A stretch of DNA of 64,000 nt from positions 4,838,001 through 4,902,000 of the forward strand of contig OZ249436.1 of the NCBI GenBank assembly GCA_965235115.1, given 5' to 3'. The first letter of the stretch is position 1. Each line of letters opens with the position of its first letter. This document shows, piece by piece, positions 38,021-51,030 of this stretch. The notes under the pieces were generated by a model, which saw only the letters and a list, made by a program, of their open reading frames with translations, had not been told where the DNA came from and did not search any database. The translations under genes were made by a program, and so were the position numbers. The stretch comes from Laetmonice hystrix (taxonomy: Eukaryota).

Positions 38021-38789
38021 AACTTAGAAAGCATAAAAAATACTATCAATGCATTCTTTAGTTCCTGCTAAGATCAATTAAAGCAATGAAGCAGAATATT
38101 GAAATGCGATTTCCTCGAGGTATATTTCCCCCAGGTGAACTTGCCAATGTCAAAACAGCATTTAAATCTTTCGCACTAAGTGATATGGCAGCTACATTTA
38201 TTGTACCCTGCTAGATGTATTTTTGCACACTTTATGTCTGATCCCCCACCCTCTATCACGGGTGGCGTGGGTTCCCTTCAATATTTCATGTGTTTGTGCT
38301 GGAACTGTTTTTACAGCCAAATTATTCTCTTCTCTCGCGCGGTCTGTCAATTAAGGACCATCTTGGATTCACAAAAACCCGTTCAACATGGAATCTTATG
38401 CCAATGCGGAAATGATGAATGGGTGATTTTTTCGGGGTTTCTAATTGATGTCCTTGAATACTGCTTAGAATTAAAATTAGCATCCCAATTAAAATGAAAA
38501 TGTAATCAAATAAAGGTCACAGAAATGCTTGAGAATCATGCTGGTGTGATGGTTACGACCAGTACGGAGCCCAGTGTGAACAGGTGATCGCCTTCCCACA
38601 ACATAAGATGGTGACCCAGATATCTCAAGTCATTTTGTTCCCTGCCACAGAACTGTCAGCAGCAATTCTCGTCAGGCAAGCGTTCCTCTCTGAACGCTGC
38701 CAGTTCTCCGAGTTCTACTCTGGGATTCTCGCGAGGTGGCAGTGTAATGTCTGACCTGTCCCGCCTGATCTGACCCATCAGTCTGATTT

Positions 38790-39330
38790 AGTTAACAGTA
38801 TACACTGACCCGTCTGTCCTAGTTAAATAACGGTGTACTCTCTGACCCGTGTCTTCTAGTAGTTAAATAACAGTATTCTCTCTGACCCGTGTCTCCGAGT
38901 AGTTAAATAACAGTATACTCTCTCACCCGTGTCTCCTAGTGAAATAACAGTATACTCTCTCTCCCGTGTCTCCTAGTTAAATAACAGAATACTCTCTCAC
39001 CTGTGTCTCCTAGTTAAATAACGGTATACTCTGACCCGTCCTTCCCAGTTAAATAACAGTGTACTCTCTGACCCGGAGTAAAATAACAGTATACCATCTG
39101 ACCCGCCCCGCATAGTTAGATAACAGTGTACTGTCTGACCCATCCTTCCCAGTAAGATAACAGTGTACCCTCTGATCCGGAGTAAAATAACAGTATACTC
39201 TCTGACTGTCCAGTGTCCCTCCCAGTTACATAACAGTGTACGGTCTGACCCGTCCCTCCTGTACTCTTTGATTCGTTCCTCCCAGTAAGATAATAGTGTA
39301 CTCTCTGACCCATTGCTCCTGCAGTTACAT
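38790..39330. repeat. Degenerate ~37-40-bp satellite
   Basis: Units resembling agttaaataacagtatactctctgacccgtgtctcct. Confidence 0.8.
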
Positions 39331-39334
39331 GACA

Positions 39335-41806
39335 GTCTACTGTATCATGGGCACGTCCTCTCCATAACGATGATATAGTCTGTGTCTGGAGCCTATCATT
39401 ACTGTGGTGGTCTACTGTATCATTGACACGTCCTCTCCATAACGATGATATAGTCTGTGTCTGGGGCCTGTCGTTACTGTGGTGGTCTACTGTATCATTG
39501 ACACGTCCTCTCCATAACGATGATATAGTCTGGAGCCTGTCGTTACTGTGGTCGTCTACTGTATCATTGACACGTCCTCTCCATAATGATGATATAGTCT
39601 GGAGCCTGTCGTTACTGTGGTTGTCTACTGTATCATTGACACGTCCTCTCCATAACGATGATATAGTCTGGAGCCTGTCGTTACTGTGGTCGTCTACTGT
39701 ATCATTGACACGTCCTCTCCATAACGATGATATAGTCTGGAGCCTGTCGTTACTGTGGTCGTCTACTGTATCATTGACACGTCCTCTCCATAACGATGAT
39801 ATAGTCTGGAGCTTGTCGTCACTGTGGTCGTCTACTGTATCATTGACACGTCCTCTCCATAACGATGATATAGTCTGTGTCTGGAGCCTGTCGTTACTGT
39901 GGTCGTCTACTGTATCATTGACACGTCCTCTCCATAACGATGATATAGTCTGGAGCCTGTCGTTACTGTGGTCGTCTACTGTATCATTGACACGTCCTCT
40001 CCATAACGATGATATAGTCTGTGTCTGGAGCCTGTCGTTACTGTGGTGGTCTATTGTATCATTGACACGTCCTCTCCATAACGATGATATAGTCTGGAGC
40101 CTGTCGTTACTGTGGTCGTCTACTGTATCATTGACACGTCCTCTCCATAACGATGATATAGTCTGGAGCTTGTCGTTACTGTGGTCGTCTACTGTATCAT
40201 TGACACGTCCTCTCCATAACGATGATATAGTCTGTGTCTGGAGCCTGTCGTTACTGTGGTCGTCTACTGTATCATTGACACGTCCTCTCCATAACGATGA
40301 TATAGTCTGGAGCCTGTCGTTACTGTGGTCGTCTACTGTATCATTGACACGTCCTCTCCATAACGATGATATAGTCTGTGTCTGGAGCCTGTCGTTACTG
40401 TGGTCGTCTACTGTATCATTGACACGTCCTCTCCATAACGATGATATAGTCTGGAGCCTGTCGTTACTGTGGTCGTCTACTGTATCATTGACACGTCCTC
40501 TCCATAACGATGATATAGTCTGGAGCCTGTCGTTACTGTGGTCGTCTACTGTATCATTGACACGTCCTCTCCATAACGATGATATAGTCTGGAGTCTGTC
40601 GTTACTGTGGTCGTCTACTGTATCATTGACACGTCCTCTCCATAACGATGATATAGTCTGGAGTCTGTCGTTACTGTGGTGGTCTACTGTATCATTGACA
40701 CGTCCTCTCCATAACGATGATATAGTCTGGAGCCTGTCGTTACTGTGGTGGTCTACTGTATCATTGACACGTCCTCTCCATAACGATGATATAGTCTGGA
40801 GCCTGTCGTTACTGTGGTCGTCTACTGTATCATTGACACGTCCTCTCCATAACGATGATATAGTCTGGAGCCTGTCGTTACTGTGGTCGTCTACTGTATC
40901 ATTGACACGTCCTCTCCATAACGATGATATAGTCTGGAGCCTGTCGTTACTGTGGTCGTCTACTGTATCATTGACACGTCCTCTCCATAACGATGATATA
41001 GTCTGTGTCTGGAGCCTGTCGTTACTGTGGTCGTCTACTGTATCATTGACACGTCCTCTCCATAACGATGATATAGTCTGGAGCCTGTCGTTACTGTGGT
41101 CGTCTACTGTATCATTGACACGTCCTCTCCATAACGATGATATAGTCTGGAGCTTGTCGTTACTGTGGTCGTCTACTGTATCATTGACACGTCCTCTCCA
41201 TAACGATGATATAGTCTGTGTCTGGAGCCTGTCGTTACTGTGGTCGTCTACTGTATCATTGACACGTCCTTTCCATAACGATGATATAGTCTGGAGCCTG
41301 TCGTTACTGTGGTCGTCTACTGTATCATTGACACGTCCTCTCCATAACGATGATATAGTCTGGAGCCTGTCGTTACTGTGGTCGTCTACTGTATCATTGA
41401 CACGTCCTCTCCATAACGATGATATAGTCTGGAGCCTGTCGTTACTGTGGTCGTCTACTGTATCATTGACACTTCCTCTCCATAACGATGATATAGTCTG
41501 TGTCTGGAGCCTGTCGTTACTGTGGTCGTCTACTGTATCATTGACACTTCCTCTCCATAACGATGATATAGTCTGGAGCCTGTCGTTACTGTGGTCGTCT
41601 ACTGTATCATTGACACGTCCTCTCCATAACGATGATATAGTCTGGAGCCTGTCGTTACTGTGGTCGTCTATTGTATCATTGACACATCCTCTCCATAACG
41701 ATGATATAGTCTGGAGCCTGTCGTTACTGTGGTCGTCTACTGTATCATTGACACGTCCTCTCCATAACGATGATATAGTCTGGAGCTTGTCGTTACTGTG
41801 GTGGTG
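39335..41806. repeat. 69/75-bp minisatellite, about 35 copies
   Basis: gtctactgtatcattgacacgtcctctccataacgatgatatagtct[gtgtct]ggagcctgtcgttactgtggtc. Confidence 0.97.
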
Positions 41807-42389
41807 GTCGCATGAATGATTGAAGTGTGACATGGAAGAAAAACGAATCCTTTCACACGGGACAAAAACAGCCGGTCTCTCGTTGTCATGAACATGAGGC
41901 CGGGCGGAGTTAAGACAAGATCCTGGTGATTCATTCATCAGGCTTGTAAAACACGACCGACGACCCTGATGTGGAGAAGTGCGCCTGCTGCCATCAGGTG
42001 TGATCAATGGTTTCCTGTCAGAGGCTATTTTGAGGTGTTTCACAATGAGATAGCGTTTATTCTGTTATGGACATCGGCCTTCCGTCTGAAGTTTGGATCG
42101 CATTTTTAAACCTGGATGTGTTTAAATCGATTTTACATGGGAAAACAAGAAACAATGAAGACAAATACCTTTGCCTGGTCGACCTTAATCGAGACTTATT
42201 TGTAATCATTCATGATTCAACCACAGTACCTTCTGCCGCCATTTACTAGTCTGGATTCTATCAAATAGCCAGGTGCCTATTGCGCTGACTCGTTGTAACC
42301 ACAGACTAATTTACGAAGTGTTATAATTATATCTCGTGATTAGTGAGTTTTATGTTTTCAACCCCTGATTTGTGTTAATAATTTACCAT

Positions 42390-42790
42390 TGATGAGTGTG
42401 TTTTGTCTAACAATCCGTGATTTCTGTTAATTCCCTACCACTATTCCCAGTGATGAATGTGTTTTGTCTAACAATCCGTGATTTCTGTTAATTCCCGACC
42501 ACTATTCCCAGTGATGAGTGTGTTTTGTCTAACAATCCGTGATTTCTGTTAAAACCCGACCACTACTCCCAGTGATGATTGTGTTTTGTCTAACAATCCG
42601 TGATTTCTGTTAAAACCCGACCACTACTCCCAGTGATGAGTGTGTTTTGTCTAACAATCCATGATTTCTGTTGATACCACTATTCCCAATGATGAGTGTG
42701 TTTTGTCTAACAATCCATGATTTCTGTTGATACCACTATTCCCAATGATGAGTGTGTTTTGTGTAACCATCCGTAATTTCTGTTTATCCT
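42390..42790. repeat. About 57-61-bp satellite upstream of the duplicated acceptor
   Basis: Unit gatgagtgtgttttgtctaacaatccgtgatttctgttaattcccgaccactattcccagt. Confidence 0.9.
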
Positions 42791-42951
42791 GATCTCTACT
42801 CCCAATGACGATTGCGCTTCTGTTTATCATTCCTGAATTTCTGTATTTTCTATTAATTTTCCACTCTGTACACTTGGAGAAGATCTGGTTGTGTTTTGTG
42901 CTCACAATCCATGTTTATTTTAATTCCCGACCCCCTACAGCCAGTGACGAG

Positions 42952-43428
42952 TGTGTTTTGTGTTTGAATGAGTGTGTTTTGTATTTGCAGTGATCTCGGT
43001 GCCCAGACAGGTGGCCGAGAGACTTGAGCCGAGTGATGATTCCTCTGGTCCATCACTGATTGACTATTCTGAGAAGCGATCACTCCCAATATCTATCTGT
43101 GTTTTGTGTTTGAATGAGTGTGTTTTGTATTTGCAGTGATCTCGGTGCCCAGACAGGTGGCCGAGCGACTTGAGCCGAGTGATGATTCCTCTGGTCCATC
43201 ACTGATTGACTATTCTGAGAAGCGATCGCTCCCAATATCTATCTGTGTTTTGTGTTTGAATGAGTGTGTTTTGTATTTGCAGTGATCTCGGTGCCCAGAC
43301 AGGTGGCCGAGAGACTTGAGCTGAGTGATGATTCCTCTGGTCCATCACTGATTGACTATTCTGAGAAGCGATCGCTCCCAATATCTATCTGTGTTTTGTG
43401 TTTGAATGAGTGTGTTTTGTATTTGCAG
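42952..43428 (+). repeat. Three extra tandem 146-bp copies of the SNX27 splice acceptor plus the first 107 nt of the exon
   Basis: tgatctcggtgcccagacag starts at 42991, 43137, 43283 and 43429, each preceded by the same 39-nt tract ending tttgcag. Only the last copy reaches the donor at 43578. Confidence 0.95.
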
Positions 43429-43577
43429 TGATCTCGGTGCCCAGACAGGTGGCCGAGAGACTTGAGCCGAGTGATGATTCCTCTGGTCCATCACTGATTG
43501 ACTATTCTGAGAAGCGATCGCTCCCAATATCTATCCCCGATCAGCAGACCCTCGACAGGAATGGCGAACGATTTGTG
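43429..43577 (+). CDS. SNX27: SNX27-like exon, PDZ end, linker and PX start (VISVPRQVAERLEPSDDSSGPSLIDYSEKRSLPISIPDQQTLDRNGERFV)
   Basis: Acceptor atttgcag| and donor |gtgagt. 149 nt, in phase with both neighbouring exons. DYSEKRSLPISIP and NGERFV resemble SNX27. Confidence 0.9.
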
Positions 43578-44758
43578 GTGAGTTTTCACTCCTTTATACT
43601 TGATAATGGATGCCCCTCGAAACGTTGAGAACTACTCAGACATTCACATGATAGAGGACAGCTTGTAACCTAAGACCTAGAATACAGTTTCAAGTAACAA
43701 GGGAATACATTTATGGTTGTATTCACTGGTAAGTATCAACTTTCAGTTTGTTATGATATGAGGGTCGTCTCTGTCATAAATCAAATATTAATTTCTGAGG
43801 CCTACAAAAAGGATTGATTTGTGTGTCAGTGTGTAACTGAAAGGGTTGCCCAGGGAGACGTCCTGTTGGGGCACTGCTAAAAGCTTCAGGTTAATATTGC
43901 CATTGTCTTCATGCATAAAACATGACCTTGGCAAACGACATAACTTTTTGGGGCATGTCTTCGGATTTATCTAGGTCATTTGTAGCTTGATATAAGGTAA
44001 ACATGCCCTCTATCTGAGTGTACCCTCTACAGCCGAACCGTAACAAGAACCTCTGTCAATCTGCATGTTTATAAATGCAGGATACCAGTATTACTGGTAA
44101 GTAAGAAGTAAAATTCGGAGTTGGTAACAAGAAATGTTTGCCCATGAGGACACAAGTCATTTTAATGGTACATGCGAAGTCACTTCCTACTCTCAACCCC
44201 GTTTTTGCACCAGTCTTGTTTATTGGAGAACCTTACTGCTGACCCAGATCGGCTTCCTGGCATGACGTCATGATTAGTCCTGCATTACTCCGCCAGGGGG
44301 CATGCCAGTCGATAGATCAGATAACCTTATTAGATGCCGTTAGCTGCCATACAGGTGCTTAAACAGAGAAGGTCAAAGTTGGCTGCTATGCCTGTCCTTT
44401 TTTACCTGTTTTTGTCCCTTTATCAGTAATTTATTGTCTTCTTTGTTTTATAAAGATTCCATAAGAATTCTTCAATAGCTACAAAATATTAATTCAAATC
44501 AAGGTGACTGAAACGAAACCTCTCCCTTTGACGAATGGGATGATGAGATCAAGAGAACATTAACGATGCAGCCGAAATGAAACGTGGTCTGACAAATAGG
44601 GCAGTTAACATTCTGTGAGTCAGTCTGTGAGAGATGGAGAAAGTCCCATAGGCATAGAGAGGCCTTAAGTCATCGTTATCTTACCGCCTGCCTGGCAATG
44701 ACATCGACTTCTAACCCTGTCATTACCATCATCATAGGATGACTGACCACTTGACCAT

Positions 44759-45287
44759 TGACCTTGTAAGCAGCAGCTGTGGTGACCTTGTGAGCAGCAG
44801 CTGTGGTGACCTTGTGAGCAGCAGCTGTGGTGACCTTGTGAGCAGCAGCTGTGGTGACCTTGTGAGCAGCAGCTGTGGTGACCTTGTGAGCAGCAGCTGT
44901 GATGACCTTGTGAGCAGCAGCTGTGATGACCTTGTGAGCAGCAGCTGTGATGACCTTGTGAGCAGCAGCTGTGATGACCTTGTGAGCAGCAGCTGTGGTG
45001 ACCTTGTGAGCATTAGCTGTGGTGACCTTGTGGGCAGCAGCTGTGATGACCTTGTGAACAGCAGCTGTGGTGACCTTGTGAGCAGCAGCTGTGGTGACCT
45101 TGTGAGCAGCAGCTGTGGTGACCTTGTAAGCAGCAGCTGTGGCGACCTTGTGAGCAGCAGCTGTGATGACCTTGTGAGCAGCAGCTGTGATGACCTTGTG
45201 AGCAGCAGCTGTGGCGACCTTGTGAGCAGCAGCTGTGGCGACCTTGTGAGCAGCAGCTGTGGCGACCTTGTGAGCAGCAGCTGTGAT
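44759..45287. repeat. 24-bp minisatellite, about 22 copies
   Basis: Unit tgaccttgtgagcagcagctgtg(g/a). Confidence 0.96.
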
Positions 45288-45646
45288 CAAGCCGGTCTCA
45301 GGCCTAGGGTGCCTGAATGGGACGACCACAGAAAAGGTTGCATTGTGTGAGAAGACAGCTGAACAGCTCACATTGTTCCTGCACATTTATAATAACTCCA
45401 CACTGTCTGAAAACGGCTTCCAGCTGGGATTGTTACAGTCATAATGAAAGCCGTTTTTATATCAATGGACGGGGTTCTGGTGTGCTGAAAGTAAACTACA
45501 GGAATCAATACGAACATATTGAAAAGACTGGAGACTCATCAACGGTTGCTTGTCGTTTCATAGCTTTCAAAGTTACAATAAATATTAGTTTATTTATATG
45601 CTGAACGGCAGTGAAAACGCATAGATCCAAATGTATATTATTAAAT

Positions 45647-46647
45647 GGACAGTACGTGAGATATATTTTCATCACAGTCAGTACGTGTATGCGGAGAGTA
45701 CGGGAGATATATTTTCATCACAGTCAGTACGTGTATGCGGACAGTACGTGAGATATATTTTCATCACAGTCAGGACGTGTATGCGGACAGTACGTGAGAT
45801 ATATTTTCATCACAGTCAGTACGTGTATGCGGACAGTACGTGAGATATATTTTCATCACAGTCAGTACGTGTACGCGGACAGTACGTGAGATATATTTTC
45901 ATCACAGTCAGTACGTATATGCGGACAGTACGTGAGATATATTTTCATCACAGTCAGGACGTGTACATGCGGACAGTACGTGAGATATATTTTCAGATCA
46001 GTCAGTACGTGTATGGGGACAGTACGTGAGATATATTTTCATCACAGTCAGTACGTGTATGCGGACAGTACGTGAGATATATTTTCATCACAGTCAGTAC
46101 GTGTATGCGGACAGTACGTGAGATATATTTTCATCACAGTCAGTACGTGTATGCAGAAAGTACGTGAGATATATTTTGATCACAGTCAGTACGTGTACAT
46201 GTGGACAGTACGTGAGATATATTTTCATCACAGTCAGTACGTGTACATGCGGACAGTACGTGAGATATATTTTCATCACAGTCAGTACGTGTACATGCGG
46301 ACAGTACGTGAGATATATTTTCATCACAGTCAGTACGTGTACATGCGGACAGTACTCGAGATATATTTTCATCACAGTCAGTACGTGTACATGCGGACAG
46401 TACGTGAGATATATTTTCATCACAGTCAGTACGTGTACATGCGGACAGTACGTGAGATATATTTTCATCACAGTCAGTACGTGTATGCGGACAGTACGTG
46501 AGATATATTTTCATCACAGTCAGTACGTGTATGCGGACAGTACGTGAGATATATTTTCATCACAGTCAGTACGTGTATGCGGACAGTACGTGAGATATAT
46601 TTTCATCACAGTCAGTACGTGTATGCGGACAGTACGTGAGATATATT
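45647..46647. repeat. 46/48-bp minisatellite that resumes at 52620-52684 after DIRS element B
   Basis: Unit ggacagtacgtgagatatattttcatcacagtcagtacgtgta[ca]tgc. Confidence 0.97.
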
Positions 46648-47606
46648 GTTAAGGTCATACGCTCCCTTACCTCATAACTTAATAACATAATGAGATTTAT
46701 TGCTAGTCTTTTAGCCAATGGTCAGAAATTTTCCTTCTGCGGCTGCGCGGTGACCGCGCAGCCCCCTCCCACCTGATGACGTCACCACCCGGCCCATTTG
46801 AGCTGGCTAGCTAGTCACATTTTGTCTGACCACGGGTGCACCCACACGTGTTCGTCAGACTATTGCGGAGTTATAGCCTTTGGTCAGGCTTGGGTTTATC
46901 GTTTTCGTACACAGAAACTGTGAGTATTTAAACCCTTGGTTCTTCTTACGAATTTCGTTCGCCAGCTTTTCCTGTCCGGAGAGTGTGGTTTTACGAGCGG
47001 TTTGCATTGTTCGTTTCTTGTATTTACCGACTCGCCACGTAGTGTGGTTTGGTCTCGGTCTACCGGTCACCGCTTGGTCACCGCCTTTTGACTGTTGACC
47101 TGTGGTTGACGAAGCTTCCATGTATTGAGTGACTGGTGTTTAATTTTGGTATGTTTTTACCGTCACAGATGACCAGGTGTCAACATGAGTTACTCTTAGG
47201 CCTATGGGACGACCGTCGGCGGTGTGTAGCGCTCGAGAGTTGGAGGCCAGACGGGGTCGCGGACCTCGGCTCTCCGTCTGAGTCGACGGCCGGGGCGGAC
47301 TCGGTGGCCGGGTCGTCAGTCCGGGGGGTCTCAGCCAGACCTGCCGTCGAGCTTAGGATGTGGTAGGACGACCTCCCCGGGGAAGTTGGCTTCGGGCGGC
47401 GAGGGGGCCGGTGTGGCTCCGGTCTCCATTCGGCGGAGTGGAGACCTGGCTCCCTTTTACGATTGGTACGGGGTCGCACGCGGTTGACCGTCCAAGTAGA
47501 CGGGATTCCGTGATGCCTAACTTGACCCAGACGTCGAACTGTCCGCCAGACAGGCAGGGGCAGGACGGCGTCTCGTAACCTTTCGGAGATTGAGACAGGG
47601 TCGCAC

Positions 47607-49174
47607 ATGGTTGACCGTCCAAGTAGACGGGATTCCGTGATGCCCAACTTGACCCAGACGTCGGACTGTCCGCCAGACAGGCAGGGGCAGGACGGCGTCT
47701 TGTCCAATCTAGTGGCCAGGGAGGCTGATGACCCGATGTTCGGGATGTCGGTCTCCCAGCCGGTGAACTGTCAGCCCAAGAGGCAGGGGCAGGGATCCGG
47801 CTTACCTGACGGCGGAGTGAGACTAGGCCACAGTCAGGGCGGTAGCGTTGCCCCCGGGCTTGATTTCTTCAGAGATTTCGAGCCCGTCGGCGGAGCCCTT
47901 CAAAGCGCGGGGGCGTCGAGCGTCCGGCGTGACGAGCCTGTGCGTGACGGCGCTCGCCTTCAGTTCTCACGGGGGAGAACTACGACACCCTTGGCCACGA
48001 TAACACGGGAGTCGGTTAGCCGGGACCCCTACCAGCGGCGTAGTAGGCCCTTTCAAGATGGGAGTGACTCGGTTTCTGATCTCTCCCCTCCCCGACTAGT
48101 TGCGGAGTCCGGCCCGGTTAGGTCTAGGTCTCCTCTACGTCGTCACCAGCCGTGGGATGGAGACTCCGTGCAGGAGCTTCCCTTGAGCTTTGCGGAGTTG
48201 CGTAACAAGGCATCCCGCCTCCTAGGAGAGCAGGTTTGCCCGCCTCGTCGGGATTCCCCCTGCTTAGCCTTGCCAGCGGTGCCTGCCTTTCAGTTAGACT
48301 GGGGTTCGCCCCTGCCGGAGGTGGTGAATTTTCCGTATGGAGCCAGTAATACACAGATTTGGGACGTCCTCTCGGCTTGGCTTAAAGGAGTTCCCGGCAA
48401 GCCTTCCACGTCGGGCTTGCCAAGCCCACCGGTGGGAGCCCTGCATTCGACCCCTAGTGGTATGGGGACCGGGCATTTCTTCAAGTTTGACAAAGGAAAG
48501 ACCCGGCCGAAGATTAAGTGGTTCCGTCCCCAGGACTATTTGCTGCACTCGGGACCTCCAGCTGCCGGTCCCTCGCTAGATGGGGAGGCTGCGGCTCTCA
48601 ACATTTCGGAGCCCTCCAATATTTCGGTTTCTCGTTACCTCTTAGGAGAATTTGACGATAGAGCACGAGCTACGACGGCCGCGGCGATTTCGGCCGAGTT
48701 TTTGTTAGCTGCGGCTCAGAAATCTCTACGCGCTGGGTTCCTTGCGGATGTGGAGGTTTTCTGTCTTCGTCTGCGGTCGCCCTTCGCCACGTGATCGAGC
48801 TACAGGTGCGAACTCAGGCATATGTGATTTTGCTTCGGCGTGATGCGGCTTTAAAGTCTTCAGTCTTATCTGAAGTATCTCGCACTCTGTTACGCCAAAC
48901 TCCCCTGCAGGCGGACTGGCTATTCGCGGGTCAGTTGGCAGAGGCTGCGACGCGCGAGAAGGCGGCTTGGGAATTACGTCGTAGTCTTGAACCCCCAGCG
49001 GCTCATTCTCGTTATGGTCGACAAGCTCTACGCCGGCCGTTGCAGCACTTTCGGCCGTTCTACCCCCAGAGTGGGCCGACTCTTAGGCCGACGGAGTCTA
49101 TGTTCCGGGGGCGGGGACGGGGGCCCAGTCGGGGCCGTCCCCAGTCACGGGGCCGGTGGCGCGGCCGTCCTTAG
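47607..49174 (+). pseudogene. gag-like ORF1 of DIRS element B (split into 47607-48794 and 48791-49174)
   Basis: Lies upstream of RT. The C-terminal part has LLRRDAAL...PLQADWLFAG followed by an R/G-rich tail, as typical of DIRS ORF1. Frameshifted. Confidence 0.65.
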
Positions 49175-49259
49175 TGGCGCTCCCTCTCCAGGAGGTGGGG
49201 GTCTCCCCTGCTCTCTCGGTCCGTGGGTCTGCGCCTTCGGCGTGAGGGCGCGCGTTTGG

Positions 49260-51030
49260 GTTGTCGATGTGTGGACCCTTTCTGTCCCCAGGGACGGTCT
49301 ACGCATTGAGTTCCGTTCCGCCGCGTCTGTCGCCGGTAGTGAGGCCGTTCAGGCTGCTGCCTGGTTTAGTGCAACGCCGTTGCTGACGGAGGTCCGGTCC
49401 CTTCTAGACAAGGCGGCTGTGGTTCGAGTAGCGCCAGGGCAAGCAGCGCCGGGGTTCTTCTCCCCGATGTTTCTGGTGAGCAAGGCGTCGGGCGGCCTTC
49501 GTCCGGTCTTCAATCTGAAAGCTCTGAACACTCACCTCTACCGGGAAAAGTTTCAAATGGAGACGGTAGAGGGAGTGTCACAGAGCTTGAGAGTGGGGGA
49601 CTGGGCGGTAACCTTGGACATCGAGGATGCATACCTGTCCCCATCTTTCGCCCTCATCAACGCAACCTGCGATTTGCTACGGGACCCGAGGACTGTTATC
49701 AGTTTACAGTCCTTCCGCTTGTGTTAACGTCGGCACTACGGGTGTTCACGAAACTGGCGGCGCAGGTCGGACACTGGGCCCGGCAGAGAGGAATGTTCCT
49801 TCACCTGTACCTGGACGACTGGTTGTTACGCAATCCAGATCAGAAGCTGTGGTGCGACCAGGCGGACGGGTTGCTCCGTACCGTGGCGGAGCTGGAGTGG
49901 AGGCTCAACCTTCCGAAGTGTTCCCTTCGACCGTCCCAACAGTTCGTTTATCTGGGATTCCGTTGGGACACGCTTTTGGGCCGAGTGTTTCTCACCGCCA
50001 GATGGCAGGAGAAACTGTGGGCTATTCTCCCGCGGCCCGTTTGTGGCTCCAGGTGTTGGGTTTGCTCAAACTTGGGGTCACGGCCGGTGCCGTTGGGCAG
50101 GATGCACCTTCGTCCGATGCAGTTCGCTTTGCTGAGTCAGTGGCAACCGTTCAGAGATCCACTGGAAGCGCGTGTCCCGTTACCCCCGAATCTAGGACTT
50201 TGGATCCGGTGGTGGACGGGATGGGAGGCTCTCACGGAGGGCCGGCTGTTTGGACAGAGGGTGCCGACTGTCCATATGTTCACCGACGCGTCGTTGACGG
50301 GCTGGGGGCCCATCTTCTAGACTGGGAGGCCCAGGGCACGTGGTCCCCGGAAGAGTTGGGGTACCACGTGAACGTCCTGGAACTGCTGGCCATTTTCAGG
50401 GGCTTGTAGCAGTTCACGGAACAGGTGACGGGGTCCGTACTGTTAATTCATTCAGCCAACGTGGCGTTGGCTTACCTTCGCAAGGAGGGGGGCACGCGTT
50501 CGGCTCGTCTGTTCCGGATGACGTGGGACTTCCTGTGGTGGTGTCGCAACCACGAGGTCGACTTACAGCTAACCCACGTCCAAGGGAAGTCCTACCAATG
50601 GGCGGATTCGCTCTCGCGGGGGGCAGACTGCCACCGTCGGACTGGTCTCTACGGAGAGACGTAGTCCGGGGGATTTTTCAGGTTTGGGGGGAGCCACAGG
50701 TGGATCTGTTTGCCACTCGGGCCAATCATCAGCTCCCCCTTTACGTGAGCCCCTTTCCGGATCCGTGCGCCATTGCTGTAGACGCTCTGTCGATCCCTTG
50801 CTACGGAGAGTGTTAGCAAGGATCAGATCGGGGAAGGCCACCCTGATTCTCGTGGCCCCCTGGTGGACATCACAACCGTGGTTCCCCGATATAGGGGAGC
50901 TCCTACTGGATCGTCCCAGGGAGCTACCGGTTTCGGCGGACTTGCTGGAACAGAGGGGACAGTTTCACCCCGCCCCAGGACTGTACAGACTTCACGCATT
51001 TCTGTTGTCCGGGGACGATGCGAAGATCAG
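49260..51030 (+). pseudogene. Reverse transcriptase, RNase H and adenine methyltransferase-like ORF of DIRS element B, frameshifted
   Basis: RT motifs FFSPMFLVSKASGGLRPVFNLKALN, TLDIEDAY and HLYLDDWLL. RNase H motifs FTDASLTGWG and HVNVLELLAI. MT-like motifs WGEPQVDLFAT and LILVAPWWTSQPWFP. The motifs are spread over several frames. Confidence 0.92.
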
